This document shows, piece after piece, positions 11,494 through 19,203 of a stretch of 33,068 nucleotides of DNA. The first letter of the stretch is position 1. Each line of letters begins with the position of its first letter. The position numbers were made by a program, and so were the translations under genes. The stretch is from Macrostomum lignano (taxonomy: Eukaryota). The DNA lies in contig NIVC01004858.1 of NCBI GenBank assembly GCA_002269645.1, forward strand, positions 1-33,068, read 5' to 3'. The notes beneath the pieces are model-generated. The model saw nothing but the letters and a program-made list of their open reading frames with translations, did no database searches and was not told the DNA's origin.

Positions 11494-14478
11494 CAAATAG
11501 ATAGATAAACAGAAGCAAATATAATTTTTAATTAATAATTGTGTTGTATAGTCAAAATTAAGTAAACTATGCATCAGGGTTCTTAATTCGGTCAAATAAA
11601 AGTACGCTCGCATACTGCTGACAGTCAAGCACTGGACTGCTATAAGTACAATCAGTGCACCGCAGACCGGAAGATAGAGAGAGTGAGCAATGCGCCACTG
11701 TGCAATCAGCTGGGTATTTGAGGCTCGCGCACTGACCTTTGAAAAGCGTAAAACTTTAAGAAATTCAGTTTAGAGTCGCTTTAACTCGGTTGACTGATTA
11801 GATAGCGGCTTTTTTACTGCGAGCTTTGACAAATTTGCCTGTTGTCTTCTGCGATTCTCACCCATGCGGGTCCGTCCCCAAGGCGCAGAGACTGTACCTG
11901 ACGATGAGATAGTCAAAGACAGCTGTGCACCCTGTATAAGCGTGCGCCTTGTTGCCGCGACGGTGGCAAATCAACAACAGTTCTTGTGCTTGACAACAGG
12001 TGTATAAGATCCGAGAATTTACCCGATGAAGAGTCGTTACAGATGATGTATTCTAAAAATATAGATATACCCGTCGAACGTTTCACCCGGAATATTTCCC
12101 GGAATTTTGTGATCCGGGCCCGATTTTTAATTGATTTCCGGGTGAAGGCCCGGATCAGCTTTTTTGGCCCGGAACAGCCCCCTGTTCCGGAAAAAGATCC
12201 GGAAATATGATCCGGAAAATTTTCGGGAAAAGGAAAGCTGTTCCGGTCTGATTTTCCGGAATTTTTCACCCGGAACACTATGGAATTCTGGGTGTAGACC
12301 CGAATTTCAGTAGTGTTCCGGGTGAAAATGTTCCGGGTGAGATTTCGGGACTTGAGTCGGAATTCTCCAGTGATCCGGACCAAATGATCCGGAAAATTCA
12401 CCCGGATCAGCTCCCCTGACCCGAATTTCAGCCAAGTTCCGGGCGAAGCTGATCCGGGAAAATTTCGGGACTTGAGTCGGAACTCCCTAGTGATCCGGAC
12501 CAACTGATCCGGAAAATTCACCCGGATCAGCTCGCTTGACCCGAATTTCAGCCAAATTCCGGGCGAAGCTGATCCGGGAAAATTTCGGGACTTGAGTCGG
12601 AATTCCCCAGTGATCCGGACCAAATGATCCGGAAAATTCACCCGGATCAGCTCGCTTGACCCGAATTTCAGCCAAATTCCGGGCGAAGCTGATCCGGGAA
12701 AATTTCGGGACTTGAGTCGGAATCAATCCGGCATCCATTATATAAGTTCCATGGGGATTTTGAGAGGAAGCCTCCGATGGAAAACCGCTGAATACAGACC
12801 CCAGCAAATGGCTATCCCATCAGGCAATCCCTGGCATCCATTTGGTCAACGGCGCTAATTCCTCTTGGAAAGCGAGGGGTAATAAAGCCTCGAAATTGCA
12901 ATGTGAATTGATCTGCTTTTCGGCGGCTCTGTAGCGTCCGTAATGTGAGGCTGAGCCCATCCTCCGTACAGGTGACAATTGAAAAATTGTTGCGCCCTGT
13001 TTGTGTGCGAGAGGTTTGACTTCCACTGGCATGTAGTCTATCACAGCTGCTTAGTGTGTCAACGGGCTGAATGATTCTATCGTCATATTTGACGCTTAGA
13101 AGCATAAAATCAGCCAACCATATTGTTTGGCACAACTGGGTGTCTAGACGGAGACTGTGGCATGCTACTGTGATAAGCCCAAGATTTGGCTGCAAATCCG
13201 GTTCAATCATCCAGAATTCACCTGGATTCGTGTGCTAATCCGGTTCACTCTCCCGGAATTCGCCCGGATTTGTGTGCTGATCCGGTTCACTCGCTCGGAA
13301 TTGTGTGCTGATCCGGTTCACTCGCCCGGAATTGTGTGCTGATCCGGTTCACTCGCCCGGAATTGTGTGCTGATCCGGTTCACTCGCACGGAATTAGCCC
13401 GGATTTGTGTGCTGATCCGGTTCACTCGCCCAGAATTAGCCCGGATTTGTGTGCTGATCCGGTTCACTCGCCCGGAATTAGCCCGGTTTTGTGTGCTGAT
13501 CCGGTTCGCTCGCCCGGAATTAGCCCGGATTTGTGTGCTGATCCGGTTCACTCGCCCGGAATTTAGCCCGGATTTGTGTGCTGATCCGGTTCACTCGCCC
13601 GGAATTAGCCCGGATTTGTGTGCTGATCCGGTTCACTCGCCCGGAATTAGCCCGGATTTGTGTGCTGATCCGGTTCACTCGCCCGGAATTTAGCCCGGAT
13701 TTGTGTGCTGATCCGGTTCACTCGCCCGGAATTAGCCCGGATTTGTGTGCTGATCCGGTTCACTCGCCCGGAATTTAGCCCGGATTTGTGTGCTGATCCG
13801 TTCCACTCGCCTGGATCTCACCCGGAACAGTCACCGGATTTTTTTTAGCGATCCGGGTCTATTTTCCGGAATTTTTCTTTTTGATCCGGAAATTTCGCCC
13901 GGATTCTGTAAACTTTCGTTACAGATCCGGAATTTCCACCCGGATCAGATTGCATTACTGGAATAAGAAAAAATTCCGGGTGAACGCAAAAAATTCCGGG
14001 CGAAATTCCGGGTGAAAAGTTCGACGGGTATAGAGAATAGATATATAGAGAATCCATCGATAGATTGATTGATTGATAGATAGATAGATTAGATAGATAG
14101 ATAGATAGATACTGGTAGATAGATAGATAGATAGATAGATAGACAGACAGATAAATAGATAGATAGATTATATTGTATAGTCAATCTCTAGAGCGTTATG
14201 GACAAGCAAACATACAAACCTTAGAGATTTAGTATATTTAGATTATATTGTATGGTCAATCTATCTATCTATCCATCTATCTATCTATCTATCTATCTAT
14301 CTGTCTGTCTATCTATCTATCTATCCATCTATCTATCTATCTATCTATCCATCTATCTATCTATCTATCTATCTGTCTATCTATCTATCTATCCATCCAT
14401 CTATCTATCTATCTATCATCTATCTATCTATCCATCTATCTATCATCTATCTATCTATCTATCTATCTATCCATCTAT

Positions 14479-14531
<53 letters not shown>

Positions 14532-14568
14532 CATCTATCTATCTATCTATCTATCCATCTATCTATCC

Positions 14569-14627
<59 letters not shown>

Positions 14628-14702
14628 CATCTATCTATCATCTATCTATCTATCTATCTATCTATCCATCCATCTATCTATCTATCTATCCATCTATCTA
14701 TC

Positions 14703-14733
<31 letters not shown>

Positions 14734-16742
14734 CATCTATCTATCATCTGTCTATCTATCCATCTATCTATCATCTATCTATCTATCTATCTATCTATTT
14801 ATCTATCTATCTATCTTATCTATCTTGCCTGATGACACAGGTAAAATAGGAAAGAAGTGCCTGTAAATGACAAAAAAAGTACGAGACGTCACGGTACAAG
14901 TCGCCAAAAAAGTCGTCACAGAGTCACCTAAGAGTCACATTTTAGAGTTTTCTTTCCTGCTCTTACTCTGAATCGAGTCTGGGGCAGTAGATTCGTATCC
15001 AAGGCGTGCCGGAGTCGCTGAGTTGCGTCTGAAGCACATTTGCGTCGCTTGATGAATTTGAGTCCTTATCTCTAGCGAAAGTTAAGCGCCATACACAACG
15101 ATTCTTGGACGACTCTTTCGCGACTTTTTTTACGATTCTGCAACTCGGGTGACACAATAGGTCGACCCAGAGTCGCTTAGAGTCACTTAGTAAGCGGTTT
15201 GCAATGATTTTTTAGCAATTCTTGTCACGGGTTAGTCTGGATCAAGGGGCGGCCCTCAAAGCCTCTCTATCTGGCCCTTGAGGTAAAAAAGTTTGCCCAT
15301 CCCTAGTCTGGATAGCGATTTCCCGTGTTTTGAATAGACCAACAGGTTAAATTTCGTTTTGTCCGCGAACCCCTGACTCAACCCTCCTATGAGCTGTATA
15401 GATGATGAAGTGCAGGAATCTGACCACGAATTGGCAATCGCTTGCCGCCTCCCAGGTGTCCAGCTCTGCGGACGCCGCTGTCCGCGCCGATTCGCCGGCG
15501 CCGCGCAAACTCGACAGCCAGCCAGTTGACGCCAGCGCCGCCGCCGACCTGGTGGCCATCGCCTGTCGCCAGCATCTGGTGTTGCTGCGCTCACCGGGCG
15601 CCGTTGTTGCCACGGTAGCCGCTTCGGCTCTGACCTGCTGCGCTTTGTCCCCGGACGGCGCCACTCTGGCAGTTGGCGGCGCCGACGCTAAGGCGCCAAT
15701 TCGGTTGCTATCGACGCCTCAGCTGGCCGAGATTCAATCGGTGGCCGAGCACCAGGCCGAGGTGACGGCGCTGGCCTATTCGCCCGACGGAGCCAATTTG
15801 GCCGCCGGATTTGCCGACAGATACGTGCGCGTCTACTCCGTTGCCAATGGTTACGGGCTGGCTAACACTGAGGAATGGTGCTTCCACACGGCCAGGGTGA
15901 ACTGTTTGGCTTGGACACATGACTCTAAATATTTGGCTACCGGTTCTCTGGACTGCTCCATCATTGTGTGGAGTCTGGACTCGCCTAGGAAGAGAATTGT
16001 GGCTAAAAGTGAGTGGCGTTATTGCTTTCTGGGTATTTTTGTATATATTAGTTACTTTGGCGTAACTTCACTAGCTGTTGGCTTTGGCATTAGCTTCAGT
16101 ATTAGCTTTTGCATTAGCTTCAGTATTAGCTTTGGCATTAGCTTCAGTATTAGCTTTTGCATTAGCTTCAGTATTAGCTTTGGCATTAGCTTCAGTATTA
16201 GCTTTTGCATTAGCTTCAGTATTAGCTTTGGCATTAGCTTCAGTATTAGCTTTTGCATTAGCTTCAGTATTAGCTTTGGCATTAGCTTCAGTATTAGCTT
16301 TTGCATTAGCTTCAGTATTAGCTTTGGCATTAGCTTTGCATTAGCTTCAGCATTAGCTTTTGCATTAGCTTCAGTATTAGTTTTTGCATTAGCTTCCATA
16401 TTAGCTTTGGTATTAGCTTTGCATTAGCTTCAGTATTAGCTTTCGCATTAGCTTCAGTATTAGCTTGTCATTAGCTTCATTATTAGCTTTGTCATTAGCT
16501 TCAGTATTAGCTTGTCATTAGCTTCAGTATTAGCTTCAGTATTAGATTTTGCATTAGCTTCAGTATTAGTTTTTGCGTTAGCTTCAATATGAGGAAAACA
16601 TCGGCAGTTATTACATCCATCCCATCCCGCAGACGCCCACCCGATGAGTCAGATCACAAAGCTGACTTGGATTGACGCCAATCACTTGGTCTCAACTGGC
16701 CAAGACTCCAACATCAAGGTGTGGAATGTGTCCTTCGACTAG
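3794..16742 (+). CDS. WDR1: WD repeat-containing protein 1 / actin-interacting protein 1 (AIP1); join(3794..3806,4758..4879,5311..5979,6795..7147,15456..16008,16633..16742); apparent 1-nt deletion at ~5359-5361
   Basis: All five introns are GT-AG with matching phases (1,0,1,0,1). The spliced product [17 protein letters not shown]...[11 protein letters not shown]...[15 protein letters not shown]...GEGREKFG...FYEGPPFKF...[12 protein letters not shown]...IKVWNVSFD matches the recalled AIP1/WDR1 family end to end; 606 aa once one base is restored. Confidence 0.95.
4758..4879 (+). CDS. WDR1: WDR1 coding exon 2 (not in the ORF track)
   Basis: Acceptor CCACAG at 4757, donor GTGAGT at 4880; encodes [40 protein letters not shown], the AIP1 N-terminus. 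Confidence 0.92.
4952..5268. repeat. 30-bp minisatellite (GAGTCTCTGATGAGTCTCTGCTATGATCTT) in WDR1 intron 2
   Basis: About 9 near-identical units with an internal 11-bp sub-repeat. Confidence 0.95.
5311..5979 (+). CDS. WDR1: WDR1 coding exon 3 (contains the frameshift)
   Basis: Acceptor GTCCAG at 5310, donor GTGAGG at 5980; [16 protein letters not shown] is in one frame and VAKYSPSG...KSLI in the next. Confidence 0.92.
6200..6430 (+). mobile_element. tRNA-derived SINE in WDR1 intron 3 (Pol III A and B boxes plus body; the 3' end may extend to ~6550)
   Basis: A-box-like AGCTCAGTGG at 6206-6215 and B-box GGTTCGATTCC at 6248-6258; the head recurs inverted at 17864-17954 and the body at 11849-11946. 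Confidence 0.75.
6795..7147 (+). CDS. WDR1: WDR1 coding exon 4
   Basis: Acceptor TTTTTCAACTCAAG at 6794, donor GTAAAT at 7148; [18 protein letters not shown]...GGHSKPIT...MDDTLQ. Confidence 0.92.
7183..9870. repeat. 30-bp minisatellite array (TTCTGATCCTTCAGGGTGTCCATCAGTGTC and variants), ~89 units, with higher-order structure, in WDR1 intron 4
   Basis: Directly visible; the variant TTTTCTAATCTTTCTTGG recurs at ~7311, 8031, 8811, 9381 and 9531. Confidence 0.97.
10499..11507. repeat. (GATA)n microsatellite, ~1 kb, interrupted
   Basis: Directly visible. Confidence 0.98.
11849..11946 (+). mobile_element. Diverged fragment of the SINE body seen at 6317-6424
   Basis: Collinear shared blocks CTGCGATTC, CCCCAAGGC.CAGAGAC, CTGACGAT.AGA.AGTCAA.G.C.GCTGT.CACCC. 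Confidence 0.65.
12341..12722. repeat. 120-bp tandem repeat x~3.2 in the left arm of the TIR element
   Basis: Lines 12361, 12481 and 12601 are near-identical at a 120-bp period. Confidence 0.92.
13262..13812. repeat. 42-bp (and 31-bp) tandem repeat in the right arm of the TIR element
   Basis: Unit GCCCGGATTTGTGTGCTGATCCGGTTCACTCGCCCGGAATTA; translates as ([14 protein letters not shown])n. Confidence 0.93.
14058..14825. repeat. (GATA)n at 14058-14168 followed by opposite-orientation (TATC)n at 14259-14825
   Basis: Directly visible. Confidence 0.97.
14831..15145 (+). mobile_element. Dispersed repeat, copy 1 (unclassified family) in WDR1 intron 4
   Basis: Shares collinear blocks with 25696-26069: GATGACACAG.TAAAATAG.AAAGAAG, GTCACGGTA.AAGTC, TCGCTTGATGAAT.TGAGTC, AAGTTAAGCGCCA, ACGACTCTTT, TTACGATTCT.CAACT. 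Confidence 0.7.
15456..16008 (+). CDS. WDR1: WDR1 coding exon 5
   Basis: Acceptor CTCCCAG at 15455, donor GTGAGT at 16009; WD repeats [42 protein letters not shown]. Confidence 0.93.
16081..16587. repeat. 24-bp minisatellite (ATTAGCTTCAGTATTAGCTTTTGC alternating with ...TTTGGC, i.e. a 48-bp dimer) in WDR1 intron 5
   Basis: Directly visible; degenerates towards the 3' end. Confidence 0.95.
16633..16742 (+). CDS. WDR1: WDR1 coding exon 6 (terminal; not in the ORF track)
   Basis: Acceptor CCCGCAG at 16632; [36 protein letters not shown] is the last WD repeat; ATTAAA follows at 16751. Confidence 0.92.
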
Positions 16743-17366
16743 ATCCATTTATTAAACAAATTTTTGCGCTTAAGCATATTTAAACTGGAACTGTTATGCT
16801 GGCAAAGTTTTTCTGTGACTACAGCAATCCAGATTCTATTGCTACTGAAGTTCATTAATTAATCAACGGTGGCCAGCTCTTGCTCACGTGTGCTACCCAG
16901 TGAGACTGTTGTTATTTATATCTATTCAATATAATCCAGTTTTGCCAACCTATTTTATTGTTGTTAGTGTATTGTTGGCACTAGAGTACAAGTAATACTT
17001 GCATGCAATTCATTGTTACACGGCAAAGCCTTATTGTATTCATATCTATGAATATGTTTTCTGCAGACTGGGTCATTATTCAAGCCTAATTATAGTTCTT
17101 TATTTATACATTTACAGTAAAACTATTTAAAAATCACTTTCTACTTCTGATAGATCGATTCTTGATCGATTTTTTCAACTTTTTACTAAATTATTCAATC
17201 AGTCAGTCGCTGTTTCTAAAAAATTAACAAATTCTCCAATTTTTGTTATAGTTGCACTATCGTTTGTTTGTTTAAATTCCGCCGCTATTAGTTGAAGTTT
17301 TTCAATAAACAAATCGGTTTTTATTAATCTGCTGAATTCTGTTTTTATTCTGATTTTTACTTAAGC

Positions 17367-17842
17367 CACCTAGTTTGGACACAGTTTGAGACAGGTGAGC
17401 TGAGACACATAGTTTGGGACATATGAGCTGAGACACCTAGTTTGAGACAGGTGAGCAGAGACACCTAGTTTGAGACAGGTGAGCTGAGACACCTAGTTTG
17501 AGACAGGTGAGCTGAGACACCTAGTTTGAGACAGGTGATCTGAAACACCTAGTTTGAGACAGGTGAGTTGAGACACCTAGTTTGAGACAGGTGATCTGAG
17601 ACACCTAGTTTGAGACAGGTTATCTGAAACACCTAGTTTGAGACAGGTGAGCTGAGACACCTAGTTTGAGACAGGTGAGTTGAGACACCTAGTTTGAGAC
17701 AGGTGATCTGAAACACCTAGTTTGAGACAGGTGATCTGAAACACCTAGTTTGAGACAGGTGAGTTGAGACACCTAGTTTGAGACAGGTGATCTGAAACAC
17801 CTAGTTTGAGACAGGTGATCTGAAACACCTAGTTTGAGACAG
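17367..17842. repeat. 28-bp minisatellite (GAGACACCTAGTTTGAGACAGGTGAGCT) x~17 between WDR1 and ETHE1
   Basis: Directly visible. Confidence 0.96.
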
Positions 17843-17863
17843 TTGGCCCTGTTGGTGTGAATG

Positions 17864-17954
17864 CCAATTTTTGTGCGCAAGCCCCAAATTAATGTGGCCG
17901 AAAACCAGGGGTTCACGGCGCCAGAGCCAGACGTGCTTACCGCTGAGCAGCTCT
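17864..17954 (-). mobile_element. Second copy of the tRNA-derived SINE head (B box degenerate)
   Basis: The reverse complement AGAGCTGCTCAGCGGTAAGCACGTCTGGCTCT...GAACCCCTGGTT...ATTTGGGGCTTGCGCAC aligns with 6201-6285. Confidence 0.75.
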
Positions 17955-18099
17955 GCCCCGATTGCAAAGATCAAGGGCTGCGGCAGGACGCACCAGCTTG
18001 CTGTTAGATAAGCTTGGCTGGCAAAGCACTATAAATTAATAAAGGCACGAATTGTGGGCTCAACATTGCAGCCTGTGCTCAAAAACTGCCCTTGCCGCC

Positions 18100-18474
18100 A
18101 TGCGCCTGTTCCGCCCGCTCAGCCTCCTGCTTGCCACTCGGCGCTTCTGCTCAGGCGGAGGCGGCGGCAGCGGCAGCGATCGCATCATATTTCGTCAGCT
18201 ATTCGAGCCTAAGAGTTGCACCTACACCTATCTGATTGGTTGCCAGGCAACGCGAAACGCTGTTTACATTGATCCGGTCATTGAAACAGCCGAACGCGAT
18301 GCCAATTTGGTTAAGCAGCTGGGCCTGAATCTGGTGTACGCCATCAATACGCACCTGCACGCTGATCACGTGACTGGCACCGGCCGACTCAAAGCGCTGC
18401 TGCCTGGCTGTCGTAGCGTTATTTCCGGTGCTTACAAAGCCAGAGCTGATGTGCACATTGAGGACGGGACCAAG
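18100..18474 (+). CDS. ETHE1: ETHE1 coding exon 1
   Basis: ATG at 18100 to donor GTGAGA at 18475; contains the HxHxDH motif. Confidence 0.93.
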
Positions 18475-19203
18475 GTGAGATCTCCCGTTGTCAGCCTAGT
18501 CTCTGGGCTAAGATTAAGCCTACAGTAGAGTCTGCCACAAACAGTGCAGTAGAGTCTGCCACAAACAGTGCAGTAGAGTCTGCCACAAACAGTGCAGTAG
18601 AGTCTGCCACAAACAGTGCAGTAGAGTCTGCCACAAACAGTGCAGTAGAGTCTGCCACAAACAGTGCAGTAGAACCCCCCTTTGAATAGTTCCAGAGAGT
18701 TAGAAATAAATTTCTCAACAGCGCAGCGTTAATCATCACAAAGCGGAAGTTGCGCTTTTTGTCCTACTATCAGTAGCTTTCATCGCCCATTTTAACATCC
18801 GCAGATTGACTTTGGCCGACTGCAGCTGGAGACGCGGTCAACTCCCGGCCACACGGACGGCTGCCTCACCTACGTGTTGCACAGCCACGCCATGGCTTTC
18901 ACAGGCGACGCGCTTCTCATTCGCGGCTGCGGCCGAACCGACTTCCAGCAGGGCTCGCCTGATCGCCTGTACGAGTCGGTGCACAGCCAGATATTCAGCC
19001 TGCCTGAGCACTACCTGCTCTATCCTGCTCACGACTATACGGGTCAGTCTGTCACCACCGTAGCCGAGGAGAAGAAATACAACAGCCGGCTGACCAAATC
19101 CAAAGCTGAATTCATCAATATTATGAATAACTTGAACCTGCCCTATCCTAAACAGATTGATACGGCCCTGCCGGCCAATATGATCTGCGGAATGCAGGAC
19201 TGA
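18100..19203 (+). CDS. ETHE1: Mitochondrial persulfide dioxygenase ETHE1 (metallo-beta-lactamase fold); join(18100..18474,18805..19203), 257 aa
   Basis: GCCGCCATG Kozak context; Arg-rich acid-free N-terminus typical of a transit peptide ([18 protein letters not shown]); [64 protein letters not shown]; GT-AG phase-0 intron at 18475-18804. Confidence 0.97.
18523..18672. repeat. 24-bp minisatellite (CAGTAGAGTCTGCCACAAACAGTG) x~6 in the ETHE1 intron
   Basis: Directly visible; identical units. Confidence 0.95.
18805..19203 (+). CDS. ETHE1: ETHE1 coding exon 2
   Basis: Acceptor CATCCGCAG at 18804; [20 protein letters not shown]...ANMICGMQD*. Confidence 0.94.
   Translation: MDFGRLQLETRSTPGHTDGCLTYVLHSHAMAFTGDALLIRGCGRTDFQQGSPDRLYESVHSQIFSLPEHYLLYPAHDYTGQSVTTVAEEKKYNSRLTKSKAEFINIMNNLNLPYPKQIDTALPANMICGMQD

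Larger units (their letters stand above)
12070..14028. mobile_element. Non-autonomous DNA transposon with ~40-bp terminal inverted repeats, tandem-repeat arms and TA (or TATA) flanks
   Basis: The left end CCCGTCGAACGTTTCACCCGGAAT matches the reverse complement of the right end ATTCCGGGTGAAAAGTTCGACGGG; TATA on both flanks (12066-12069, 14029-14032); no transposase recognised. Confidence 0.85.

Noticed and set aside
12812-13210. Transposase remnant in the core of the TIR element
   Set aside because: It is short, with no recognisable DDE/D, HTH or zinc-finger motif.
17861-18007. 48-aa small ORF with CxxC and terminal CC upstream of ETHE1
   Set aside because: It is largely the antisense reading of the SINE copy at 17864-17954.
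5241-18874. ORF-track starts at 5241, 6827, 15402, 18052 and 18874 as real initiation sites
   Set aside because: They lie in introns, inside internal exons or use TTG; the splice-aware models explain the conserved parts fully.
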